A DNA stretch of 63,414 nt, filler included. It is 9 parts of 9 records of this genome, joined end to end, with 100 filler letters (N's around TTAATTAATTAA, not from the genome) between each part and the next. Parts side by side here need not be neighbours in the genome. Positions count along the whole stretch, not along the records: positions 50,768 to 57,355 come from SRR7504441_151; positions 57,456 to 63,414 come from SRR7504441_154; 7 more parts are not named here. One strand, 5' to 3'. The notes beneath the pieces are model-generated. The model ran no database searches. It was not told the DNA's origin and saw only the letters and a list, made by a program, of their open reading frames with translations. Shown in pieces: positions 52,882 to 63,414 of the stretch (position 1 is its first letter; each line of letters starts with the position of its first letter). The translations under genes were made by a program, and so were the position numbers.

Positions 52882-54759
52882 ATGGAGCTCGGCCTCGACG
52901 AAGGCACCTCGGACCCGGAGGCGCTGCAGGCCAGGCTGGCCGAGCTGGCCCAGCGCACCCGTGAGGACCCGGCGTACCGGCAGGCAGTCTGGGCCGCGCC
53001 GGGCTGACGGCGGACAGCGCGGAGCTCGGCGGATGTCCGGCGGGGCTGGAGGCGCTGTGCCGCTGCCTGGACCGGCTCGCCCAGCTGCCCCCGGGGCCGC
53101 TCCGGGAAGCGGCCACCACGGAGGGGCTGCGGGTGCTTCGCAATCTCCTCGCAGCCGGGCCGGAGACCGGAGAGCGCCTGACGTCCCACCCCGGCGGCCA
53201 GCGCTGAGTGGCGGCGGCAGGGCGGGGGGACTGGTGGAGCGGGTGGTGGCTGTGACGGGCGAGCAGTGCGTGGATGGGCCGCTCGGGACGGTGGCGGCTC
53301 AGCTGCTCGCCAATATGACGGCGGCCGGGCCCGAGCCGCGGCGGCGGGTGTGGTCGGCGTGCTTTCCTGGGTTGCTCTGGTGGCCCGCCCTGCGGCCTGG
53401 TGGTTGTGGAGCCTGGGGGACAGCCGGCTGGCTCGGACAGCCAGCTTGAAGGTGCTGGTGCCGCTGAGCAAGCTGGTCTGGGACTGCATGCGCGAGGAGG
53501 CCGACTGTCGGTGTGAGCCCCCAGGGGGAGGCCTGAGCACCGTGCAGCCGGGCCCTCACTAGCGATAGCGAGCTGGTCTCGCTACTTCTCGGGAATCTAG
53601 TGGTCGGCGGGGAAGCGGCTGACGGGCTGGAGTGGACGTTGCGCGGATGGCTGGCCCGGGCCTGAGCTGGGGCAGGCTGCTGATTGTGAGGCAGTATGTA
53701 GCCTGTGGTGAGCTGGCAGAGCTCTACAAGGCGGCCGGTAGTGTACACGCCCGGCGGGACCTACTCAACCTGCTAGACGCACAGGTGAGCTCGCCGGGCG
53801 CCCAGCTGACAGGCCGGCAGGTGAGTGTCGATGAAAGCGGCAAGCAGTCTGCTGCTGAGCCGAAGATCACACTCTCAGCGGGCGACAGCGCTTTTTTGGC
53901 CACGCTGGTCCGAGGTATTGGGCTGTCGGGATGGCCGGGATGGGCGGCGCAGAGGAGGCCGAGCGTGGGTCGCTGGAGACTCTGATATGGTCGGACATGC
54001 TGGCCATGAGCTGCCAGGTGCCTACGAGCGCTAGTAGTCCTAGATGTAGTTACGGCTGTGGTATACTAGCGATAGGCTGAGCCTAGGCAGCTGCTCGCCA
54101 GTCTCTCTGCGCACTTCGAACACGAGCAACGGGACGCGGTCTTCCAGGGAGGCGGGCTGGCGGCGATTGTCGGTGAGGATACCCCCTGTGTGAGCTGACT
54201 CTTGCTGCAGCGTTGCTCGGCCGGCTCAACCAGCTCGAGGGCAACGCCGATGGCGCCAAGATGCACTCGCTCTCAGTTTGCCTAGTCCGGACCATCGGGA
54301 ACTGCTGTTATCGGCACACCGCTGCGCAGGACCAGGCGAGAAGACCGTGAGCAAGCTTTCTGAGTGCAGGCAGGTTCGAGATCTGGATGGGATTCCTCTG
54401 CTGCTCTCCAGCTGCCAATTTTGCCCGGAGTTCCCATGTGCCGCCCCAGCCGACCCTCAGCGCCAGCCCGGGCGGCAGATAAGCGCGAGTGGGCGATCTT
54501 GGCCCTCCGGAACCTCACAGAGGGCAACGAGGCCAATCAGGTGACTGATCGTACGGTGGGCTAGCCAACCTGGATGCAGGCGGTGATTCGGGCGATGGAG
54601 CCCCAAGGTCCAGCCAAGAGTGAGGAGCTAGCCAAACTCGGGTGCGCCCTGCGCGGTGCGAGGGTGACCGGGCGCAGGCTGGAGCTCGAGGTCTCACCGG
54701 CTGGCCAAGTCACAGTCCGTAAGAAGCCTGATGACCCGGAGTCGTCCAACAAGGACTAG
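52882..54759 (+). CDS. ATXN10: Ataxin-10-like armadillo protein, heavily spliced
   Basis: LVRTIGNCCY..AQDQ|VRDLDGIPLLLSSC..PYKREWAILALRNLTEGNEANQ; GC-AG intron 54336-54373. Confidence 0.85.
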
Positions 54760-54937
54760 TTCATCTAGATACTGGTATAGACTTTCTGGACGTGTTGTAA
54801 CGTGTTGCAATGTACATGGAGTTGCGAGGAGGGGCGTTCATCTCGGCTTTATTTAGGTTTGAATCAATTGACTAAATTACCGCGACTCAGAAACGGAGGA
54901 TTGACTCAGTATGTATTACTTCAGGTCTGGTCCTCTG

Positions 54938-56089
54938 TTAGTGGCTGGTGACAGCTGCAGGCTTTGAAGCTGAGCATTGCGCATCGCAATCGCAAAGGTC
55001 GACGCAATCGGTGTTGGTGCCACACGGACCCGAGGAGTAAAGTATCCATCCGTGCAACGTATTGGCCCAGCACATCTTAGGCTTATCGTCACTTGTCGTG
55101 GCGCCGCCGATGAAAGCTTCTCCCTTGGCATTATTGTCTGCATCATAGAAGAGAAACGCTTTGCCATTCTGGACGATCGCAGAAGGGTCGGCAACCTGAT
55201 CATCCTCGACTCCCGACGAGTTGCCTAGGTGCGAGAGCACAGGCCCCGAAGGCGAGACAGTCCACGGTCCGAGAGGCGAACGCGCCGTCGCGTGGTAAAT
55301 ATTAGTCGGGAGGTCTCCTCGGTCCTCAGCCGCATGGTACCAAAGGTGGATCAGACCGGCGTCGTCCCTTGGTCTGAGCTGGCCCTCCACCACAGCAAGG
55401 CTGGGCCCGCCGTACATTCCACCTTGCGCCCTCTGGAGAGCAGAGAGTGGTTTCCCCTCATTGAGCACAGACCACTCGAGCCCGTTGTGGCTGGTGTAGA
55501 CATAAATCTCCCAGACGGGCGCGTTGCCGACCTCCTGGAACATGATCCAGGTGCCGTTGGCCTCCCTCCAGGCCGCCCGGTTACCAGTGATGCTTTGCCC
55601 CGCCGGCATTGGAAACGAGACGTTCTTCGCCTGCAGCCAGCGGATGCCGTCGGCGCTTCTGGCCACATCGAGCGTGCCATCGCCCGAGCTGAACAGCCAC
55701 CAGTCGGTCGGGCCGGCTTGGTACACCCAGGGCTGCGAGAAAGAGCCGACCACGCCGCTCCCGTTGGTCAAGCCGCCGTAAACTGGGTTGCCAGGGTGCT
55801 TGGCCCACTGAACGCCGTCGCTGCTGGTAGCCAGCCCGATCCCATTTGGCCCGCCCCATCCACCTCGATAGTACAACCGCCAACTGTTGCCCAAAGGATC
55901 CTGGACCACTGTGGCCTGCGGCTCGCAGACGCACGGGTGCGACCCCCCGGCGCCTTCCCAGGGCGCAGAGGCCGCCAGGATCGGATTGGTGGCCAGCCGG
56001 TGCCACACGGCCCCGGTCGGCGGGAACGCCGCGCCCACGCTCGAGGCCACGAACGCCAGAATGGCCGGCAGCAGAATGGCCGGCAGCAT
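54938..56089 (-). CDS. Secreted five-bladed beta-propeller glycoside hydrolase-like protein (GH43/32/130-like)
   Basis: Signal peptide; NPIL..WE..CEP, IGLATSSDGVQW.KHPGNPV, DQVADPSAIV..LFY; intronless. Confidence 0.7.
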   Translation of the reverse strand: MLPAILLPAILAFVASSVGAAFPPTGAVWHRLATNPILAASAPWEGAGGSHPCVCEPQATVVQDPLGNSWRLYYRGGWGGPNGIGLATSSDGVQWAKHPGNPVYGGLTNGSGVVGSFSQPWVYQAGPTDWWLFSSGDGTLDVARSADGIRWLQAKNVSFPMPAGQSITGNRAAWREANGTWIMFQEVGNAPVWEIYVYTSHNGLEWSVLNEGKPLSALQRAQGGMYGGPSLAVVEGQLRPRDDAGLIHLWYHAAEDRGDLPTNIYHATARSPLGPWTVSPSGPVLSHLGNSSGVEDDQVADPSAIVQNGKAFLFYDADNNAKGEAFIGGATTSDDKPKMCWANTLHGWILYSSGPCGTNTDCVDLCDCDAQCSASKPAAVTSH

Positions 56090-56134
56090 GGTTTGGGGAC
56101 CGCTCAGGCGGAGGCGGCGGAGGACGCTGTAAGT

Positions 56135-56140
56135 CCGTTA
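56135..56140. promoter_or_regulatory. CCGTTA motif in a 62-bp divergent gap
   Basis: Between ATG 56089 (-) and ATG 56152 (+). Confidence 0.6.
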
Positions 56141-56151
56141 CTGGCAGGGCG

Positions 56152-57272
56152 ATGGCCTTCCGGTTCAACTTCGACTGCGGGGAGGCGGAGGAGGAGGCCC
56201 CGGCCAGCAGCCCGGCAGCCGATCCGCCGGCCGTGCCACTGGTCCCAGCCCACCAGGTCCACCCGGCCCAGGGAGGGCTCGCAGCCAGCCAGTTCACCCC
56301 GCGGCCGCTCGCGGGCGGGGCTGTGGTGCTGGCCCAGGGGGTAGCCCCCGCCCAGCCGGCTAGCAGCGCCCTGGGCGAGGCAGTCTCGCACTCGGACCTG
56401 GTCCCTGGGGGTGCCGGGCTGGGCGGCCGCTCTCAGCCCGGGTGGCAGTATACGAGGGCGGGTTCAAACTATGGGAGTGCGCCATCGACCTCTGCGAGCA
56501 CCTGATCGCCCGCCACCAGGCCGGGCAGCCGGACGCGCTCAGCGGTGTGCCCGGGCGTCCCTGCCGATTTAACGGAAGGCGGCAGGTAGGAAGGTGCTCG
56601 AGCTCGGCTGCGGGCACGGTTTGCCTGGGATCCTAGCGGCGCGCGCCGGTGCCGGCTCGGCGCTCGCAGGGTGGATGTGTTGGCAGGGGCGGTGGTAGAC
56701 TTTAGCGATTACAACGCGGAGGTTCTCCAGCAGCTCACAATTCCGAACTTCAGTCAGAACTGCCCGGATGCTGGGAGCAGCGTGGCAAGGCATCGGCTGG
56801 CTGGCTCGTCTGGAGGGAAGCGCAGGTTCTTCGGGGGAGATTGGGGCTCTCTGCCGCCAGTAGTCCAAACTCAGTATGATGTAATACTCACTGCGGAGAC
56901 AATATATTCGCCAGAGTCGCTGGTAACAGCTGGCAACGGGCTGGGGTTGATATCGGACCGCAGGCTACGCTTGTGGAGGTTTTGCCGCGGCTTCTGAAGC
57001 CTACGGGGGTTGCGTTGGTGGCGGCTAAAACGTACGGCTCGGGCACGGGGCGGCGCGAGGGTCAGGCAGGTATTACTTTGGGGTGGGGGGTGGGACTGAC
57101 ATGTTCAAAGAAAAGCTGGAATCGAGCACCCAGCTAAAGGCACGTGCCACAATCATGATTTTGTGGGCTCAATGTCGATGTTCAGGCAGAGACGGTGCAA
57201 AGCTACCAAGACGGGGTATCAAATGTGCGAGAGATTATCAAAGTGCACCATCGTACAGCAATGATAGAATAG
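56152..57272 (+). CDS. METTL18: Histidine protein methyltransferase 1 (Hpm1)-like
   Basis: SDLVPG|VYEGGFKLWEC, KVLELGCGHGLPG, DYNAEVL, YDVILTAETIY, AAKT|YYFGVGGG, NVREII; six introns. Confidence 0.88.
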
Positions 57273-57355
57273 TTCTAAAAATCAGCGATTTAAGAATTGC
57301 TTGTCGTATTGTACACTCGTCGGTGGCACTCGAACGACCACCCGCCCCGGAACAA

Positions 57356-57455
57356 NNNNNNNNNNNNNNNNNNNNNNNNNNNNNNNNNNNNNNNNNNNNT
57401 TAATTAATTAANNNNNNNNNNNNNNNNNNNNNNNNNNNNNNNNNNNNNNNNNNNN
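57356..57455. other. Artificial contig spacer
   Basis: N44-TTAATTAATTAA-N44. Confidence 0.98.
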
Positions 57456-57473
57456 TACACTGCGCTGTTAGCA

Positions 57474-59002
57474 TTAGCTCGGGCTTGCGTGCGATTTAGT
57501 GTTTGGCCGCTCTAGCAGCTGGCCGAGCTGGGTGAGCACCCCACTGAGCCCCTCGATCTCGTCCTCCCACCCCATACCTGCCCCGAGTCACCCAATCTGG
57601 ACAGCCCGCTCCCACCGCCGTCCCACAGCCGCGCCGCCTCCTCGGCCGCCGCCTGGAACACGCTCCGCACCTTTCCAGTCCATCGGGCCCTCGCCGCCGT
57701 CACCAGCCGGAGCCGGCCCTCTGCCCTCCAGTCAAGCCAGCCTGCTGTGCCTGTACCGAGCACTTCGAGCCGCAGTCTGCATTGCCCGGCCTCGTCTGCG
57801 TGGCTCATGCTAGTGGCCAGCCCGCGCAGCTGCTCCCTAGCCGCCTCCAGAGACCCCCAGCGCAGTCCGGTCCCCGCAGTGTGCACAGCCCCTGCAAGCT
57901 CCTCCAGCCCCGCCCGGTGCAGCTCCCGCGCTATGCTTGCCATCTCGGTCTGCACCCCGAGCAGCTCCGTCTCGCCCGCTCGCACCGCCAGCGAAGCCCA
58001 GCCCGGCGAGTCAGCGCTGCGCTCCGCAACAGCATCCAGACGGGGCGCCCCAAACAGGCTCATGCGTGGGTCGCCGCCAGCAGGCGCAGGACTCAGCGCG
58101 GCGGCCAGCACCACCTGCAGCCCGTTGGCTGCCTGCCGAGCCCACTCGGCCCGGAGCAGCTGCCCAGCCTCCACGTGCCCCGCCTGCGCACGGCTGGAGA
58201 GCCCAGCAGCCGCGTGGCGCACCGACTGTCCGAGCAGATCGCTGCAGCGTGCCTCAAGGGAAGGCTGGCAAAGCCCTGCCTCCAGCTGCCCGCCCGATCC
58301 GCCCTGGCCCGCCACAGCGGCCACCTTGGCCTTGGCGGCTTGCAGCGCCTCAGATTGCGCCTTGTGCTGCACTGGTTCAGGGCAGGATGGCGGGCGAGCG
58401 AGCGACCTTGATCGCTGTGTGGAAGTCCTCCGCCCGAGCGGCCATCGCCTTAAGCTCCTGCTGTTCGTCCAGCAGCCCCTGGCCCGCGGCTACCGCCCAA
58501 TCGAGCCCTCGGCACCTGCGCAGTCCGGACCGCCGCCACCCGCCGCGCCACCGACGGGCGCAGACTGCGCTCCACTTGCCTCTCGGCTTCGGCCACCTGC
58601 CGGCCAGCTGGCCTCGGGCCCGAATCGCAGTCTGGGCCTGGGCCACGAGCTTCTTGATCCCACGGGCGGCGGACGGCTCCAGGGCGGCCCGCAGCCCCCG
58701 GTCCTCCGCCAGCAACCGAACCAACTGAGCAAACCCGAGCCCGTCCGCCTAGCCAGCCTCTCCGGGGGGCAGCGCGGCAGGGCACCCATCGGATCGGGCG
58801 GGACGGGGCCGGCGGCGGCTGGGTGAGCAGCCCGGCCCGGCGCATCGATGCAAGCAGCGAGTCCAGCTCGGCCTGCTCGGGGCTCACCGGGCCAGGCGGC
58901 CAGGGCGCCGACCGGACTGCGGAGCTGGAAGCTGCCGTCCGCGTCGAGCTCGTCGAACAGCCCGCGCAGCCGGCGCAGGAACCCCGCCGCCCCCTCCGTC
59001 AT
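57474..59002 (-). CDS. EF-hand-like / coiled-coil hypothetical protein (spliced)
   Basis: LFDELDADGS near the N-terminus; helical segments in several frames; exon structure unresolved. Confidence 0.45.
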
Positions 59003-59100
59003 CCCCTGTCTTGTTGGCGCTGTTGAACCGGCGGCGGTACGGCGGTCTTAGCACGGGACCGGCGGTACCGGCGGCGGTACGGGGAGGCGTGAGGGGCGGG

Positions 59101-59834
59101 ATGATTGGACCGGGGCGGCCGGCGCCACACCACCTGGTCTCCTCGATGAACTCCACCCCAGGTGCCGGCAGCACTGTGCGGCCCGACCGCCTGCTGCAGG
59201 TCTGCACACGCTGCCGGCCGGGGCCGTGATGGGAGTGCCCGTCGGAGGCAACGCCGGGCAACAGCAGTGCGCTGGGGGCACCCAGCCCTGGCTGAGCCGG
59301 GGACAGGAAGAAGCCGGGGGCGGGGGCGGTGCAGGCGCGGCACAGCACGCTGATCCAGATCGAGAGGCAGAAGATGCAGCAGCAGCTGGCTGATCTTGAA
59401 AAGGGGGTGGCCAATGCCAAGCGGGGCAAGCGTTACGATAAGCTTTGCGGCGAGACCGGAGACTTTCGCAAGCAGCTCGATCGTGATTCAGTGGCCTGGC
59501 GACGGGCTGACGGGCGGGCCAGGCGAGAGGGAGGCCAAGAAGGCCGAGCGTGTGTCCACGCGGGCGCCAAATGCGCCAATAGAAAGCTCGGACGAGGAAG
59601 AGGAGCCGGAGAGTAGACGGTGTGGCATGCCGCCCTAGGGAGACGGGGATCGCGGCGGCGGAGGCTGAGCTAGATGCGTGGTGCAGGCACAAGCACGGGA
59701 AGCAAGAGAAGAAGAAGGAGAAGAAGGAGAAGAAAGATAAAAAAGAAAAGAAGAAGAAGAAGAAGGAGAAGAAGCACAAGTCACATAGAAGTAGCGACGA
59801 CGAGGCTCAAAGGAAAAAACGCTCAAAACATTAG
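59101..59834 (+). CDS. Small protein with Lys/Glu-rich C-terminus (spliced)
   Basis: KHKHGKQEKKKEKKEKK.. tail; intron-like segments between frames. Confidence 0.5.
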
Positions 59835-59887
59835 CCCGTACTCGTCTAATCGTAGTCTAATCGTACAGCTGTATGTCTATCCTGATT

Positions 59888-60342
59888 TCAATAATCGACG
59901 TACATAGTGGACGCATCTGGCCTCGGCGGCGTCCGGCAACGTTCGCGGGCGCTCGACCGACGATCAGCGCACTGCTTCGGCGGGACAGACCACCACTGCA
60001 ATGCCCAAGTTCGGCCTGTCATCGCGAACCTGCCCATGCGTGACCCAACCGGTCTAGCAGCGGGAGGACCGTCGGTCTGGACCGCCGCGTGAACGATGTC
60101 GTGCTGCAGCGTGCAGAGCAGCACCAAATTCTGCTGCAGCTGCTCCTCTAGCCTGACCCCGCCGCTCGGCCCCGGCCGCCACCCCGGGCACTTGAGCCGC
60201 TCCGGGTGGCCGCGCTCCATCCGGTTGATCGCCTCGATCAGCGCCGTGTTCTCGCACAGGTACTGCCCCGCCCGCTCGCCGGCCGGCAGGGCTGGCCGCG
60301 CACCCATTCGACCGTCTCGGTGCAGAGCGGCACCGGGGGCAT
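59888..60342 (-). CDS. SSXT (SS18/GIF) N-terminal domain protein
   Basis: TETVEW|YLCENTALIEAI...QLQQNLVLL; both ends uncertain. Confidence 0.6.
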
Positions 60343-60559
60343 CCCATTGGTTATGCCGATCCCCGAGATCCGGGGCAGCCCGCCCGGCCCGGCCGCCCCG
60401 TCCGCTCCGCCGGCGCCGGCCTCCAGCTCCCCCGCGCCCTCCCCTGGACCGGCCTCCAGGACTTGTTCGCCCTCCGGCTCGAGCAGCTGATCGACGAGGA
60501 AACGGCACACTTGCAGGGTTGAGCACTGCAGTGCTCGTCGTGGTCTCCAGCTGCTGGCG

Positions 60560-61817
60560 ATGTCGGTGGACCTTCTGTCCACCGGGGCGATGCTGCTCCA
60601 GCAGCTGATCAACGGCGGGTACACCGTGCTCGCCCAGGCGCGGCCCCACCCCCGGCCCACCGCTGATCCCGCCGGCAGGTGGCGCTCAAGACCATCAGCC
60701 CCGAGTTCTTTGCGCTGCTGCGCGACTCGGGAGCGAGTGCGGTGCTGCTCGTGGCGGCCCGGTGCAAGGCCGAGAGCTTCTGGCCCCGCCCCAGGCACTT
60801 TGGGCTGCTGGCGCTCTGTGGGCTGTGCGGGGTGTGGGGAGGCCAGCTGCTCGGAGCGATAGCGATCAAAGAGATCGGCGCGGTTCTGTTCTCGGTAATG
60901 CAGCCGGCCCAGCCTGTGCTCACGCTGGCCATCTCCGTGGCGATCGGGATGGAGCCGCTCTGGCTGTGCAGCGGGGCGCCGGCCCAGCGGCTGGCTGGCT
61001 GGCTCAAGCTGCTCGGGATGTGCCTGACGGTGGCCGGGGCGGTGCTGATCGTGCTTCTCAAGCATCACGACAAACAGGAGACCGGCTCCAGCCCGGGGTT
61101 CGGGTACGCCGTTCTGTTCTTGGAGGTGAGCCTCGGCGCCTGTTACGGAATCTTCCAGAAGCAGCTGCTCCCTCACTACGACCCGCTCACAGTGACAGCG
61201 TGGGGCTACCTGTTTGGCACTCTGGAGATCGTACTCACTTTAATCCTCTTCATCCCGCTGGTGCACCTGGTCCCATCGGTCAGCTCAGTCATACCCCAGC
61301 CGGCCTCCGCCCAGTTTTGGCAGTTGCCAGTCCAGGACATTGGGCCTATTGTGTACGCAATCCTGCTCAATTCTGCCCTCGGGTATTATATAATGACCTG
61401 GGTCAACAATCGGACCGGCCCGTTCTTCTACACCATCTTCTTCCCGGTCCAGTTCTTCGCGGCCTCGCTGCTCTCCTTCATTTTCCTCTCGCCCCACCGG
61501 ATCTCGTACATCGTGTTCGTGGGTGGAGGGCTGATCACTCTGGGGCTCTGGTGTGTACTGTGGGCTCAATCGAGTGAACGCAAGCACAGCCAGGTGCAGC
61601 AAGACCTCGAGAATCTGATGGCAGGTAGCTGGATCCATGGTTGGGCGATCGTGAGTCTTGTGCAGGTATACGCGAGGAGTCGAGCGACTTGCTGGGGTCT
61701 GAAGACGGCAATCATGGTAAGCCCGACGAGAAGGACGAGAAGGACGGGAGTCGACAATCGATCGACAACAGCACATTAAATCCGATAGCCGCGAGCGCAC
61801 TTCCCGTGGCTGATTAG
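60560..61817 (+). CDS. EamA/DMT-family transporter (WAT1-like)
   Basis: About ten TMs; QPAQPVLTLAISVAIGME, YGIFQKQLL; GC-AG intron 60638-60678 with no internal GT. Confidence 0.85.
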
Positions 61818-61950
61818 CCACCTGGGGCGTGCGTCGGTACATGCAGCACTTGATCATGCATGATCTTGAAACTAAAGGTTCCATGAACTAATTAATTAAA
61901 CTACTGTACGGTACATGTAAACTACCGGTACCGGTGCAAGCCATGCAGAT

Positions 61951-63414
61951 CTAGAGCTTGAGCTGGCTCCCATCGAACACCACCCCGAACAGCACCTTCC
62001 CGTTCAGCCGGCCCTCGAACCGGACCGGCTGCCCTTTCAGGTACGGCAGCACGCTCTTCCGGATTCCAAGTGAAACCTCAAACTGGCACCAGTCAGCCAG
62101 CCAAGCCCGCCAGCCACCGTGGTGAAGTCGACCATGCTCGACAGAAACTCCAGATCCAGCAGCTGATCCGGCTTGAGCGTCACCCGCTGCCGGTTGGGCT
62201 TCTTGTCAAAGAACTTGCGTCGCTTGCGAAAGTCGCCCCCGGCCTTGGCACGTACATCGGCCGGCAGGATGAGCCCTGCACGCACGCTCAAGCCGGCGTG
62301 TTGCGCCGGGCGTACCTGAGTCTTCTTCTAGCCTGGCTCGGCCGCCATAGCTCCACTTGCCGAGCGAGCTGGTGTCGGCTGGTCGGGAGACCTTGATTCG
62401 ATTCATCCCGCAAAACATCGGGCTCATCAGCCACGGCTTGCTCCCATGCAAGTCCTCGCGCAGCGCCGGGTCTATCTGGTGCGCCAAGGCCAGCATAATG
62501 CTGCTGCCCCAGGGCAGGTCGATGGGGTGGTCGAACACGGCTCCAAACTCGAGCTCCTCCACACACACCGCCCTGGTGAACCGGCCCTGCACTTGGATCG
62601 AAAACTTACGCGATTTCCCCTCAAAGTATCTCGTGGTCGGCTGCAGCCCGAGCACCCGCACCACCATCCGCCCGCTGAAATGTGGACCCGTGATCGGCAC
62701 CGGCTGCGTGTCCACGTTGGCGTCGACCGGCACCTTGCTCGCGACGCCATCCGCCCCGAATACGAAGCACTTGAGCGACTGGGCGCGATGGACTGGACCT
62801 GCCACCGGCTTGACGATTGCTGGCTTGACAGGCTTTGGGGGCAACTCGGCAGGTGGGAGGGTAGGCTCCGGTGGGGCCACTGCAGAGGCGAACATTTCGT
62901 CCTCCCGGCGTGAGGGGACGGCCGGCTCGGTGGGCGCCTCCTGCCGGTGCTTGCTGATGCGCTTGAGAGACTCCTGCTGAGAGCTTGCTGCCATGATCGC
63001 TGCGAGCAGAACCAGAAGCAACACGAGCGACGTGATGATCAGCCCGCGGGCGGCCAGCACACAGAGCACGAGCCCAATCAAGCCCCACGCCCGGAAGTCC
63101 GAGGCAACAAGCCTAACTAACTGCAGCGGGCCTCCGTCAGGGCCAGCCGGTTTAGCTGGCGCCCTGCTAGGCATCGGGCGGGCTAACGGCGCTGGCTGCT
63201 CTGGGCTCGGGCTCTGGGGCTCGGGCAAGTCGGCGCTGGCCTTGAGCTGATCCAGGATGTCCTGGAGCACCTTCGGGTCAGCCTCCTGACAGTCGAGCTC
63301 TTCTATCCCGTCAAGCAGCTCCTTCACACGGAGCACAGGCGGCTGCTTTCGCCTGTTCAGCCGCTCTCGGTCACTCAAATCGGAGGTGAACCGGTAGAAC
63401 AGGTAGCCGTCCTC
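61951..63414 (-). CDS. DUF1769-domain protein with TM hairpin (5' truncated; possible upstream DEP domain)
   Basis: YFEGKSRKFSIQVQGRF, FGAVFDHPIDLPWG, IDP, PWLMSP, RRKFF, GQPVRF; frame open to the window end (EDGYLFYRF). Confidence 0.8.

Noticed and set aside
1-63414. Hundreds of long overlapping or antisense Pro/Arg/Ala-rich ORFs
   Set aside because: Expected stop-codon scarcity in high-GC sequence; they mirror real genes and lack motifs.
1-63414. Alternative genetic code or stop-codon readthrough
   Set aside because: In-frame stops fall inside introns, and genes end with TAA, TAG and TGA normally.

Overview
Eukaryotic DNA, not prokaryotic: nine unrelated contigs joined by artificial 100-bp spacers (44 N + TTAATTAATTAA + 44 N), from a GC-rich, very gene-dense organism that is probably a heterotrophic protist (lineage not assignable by eye). 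About 45 genes or gene fragments can be read. Many are split by tiny spliceosomal introns (mostly 35-50 nt) with weak donors, a CTGA/CTAA branch-like motif, little polypyrimidine tract, frequent GC-AG and one apparent GA-AG case. Genes sit mostly in head-to-head pairs only about 30-120 bp apart, and many of these gaps carry a TAACGG(A) Myb-type motif. Standout: a 16-intron gene at 20587-23031 (+), invisible in the ORF track, that splices into one ~555-aa protein: membrane anchor - TIR (catalytic Glu intact) - RLK/Pelle(IRAK)-type kinase - RanBP2/NZF-type zinc finger - hydrophobic tail. Other notable items: an ABCA transporter with an extra Cys-rich C-terminal module, apparently catalytically dead UBA5-like and nitrilase-like proteins, a secreted reelin-repeat-like protein and a dynein MTBD-like module outside a dynein. 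All exon models and family calls were made by hand from motif recognition, with no database searches. No rRNA, tRNA, CRISPR or intact mobile element was recognised.
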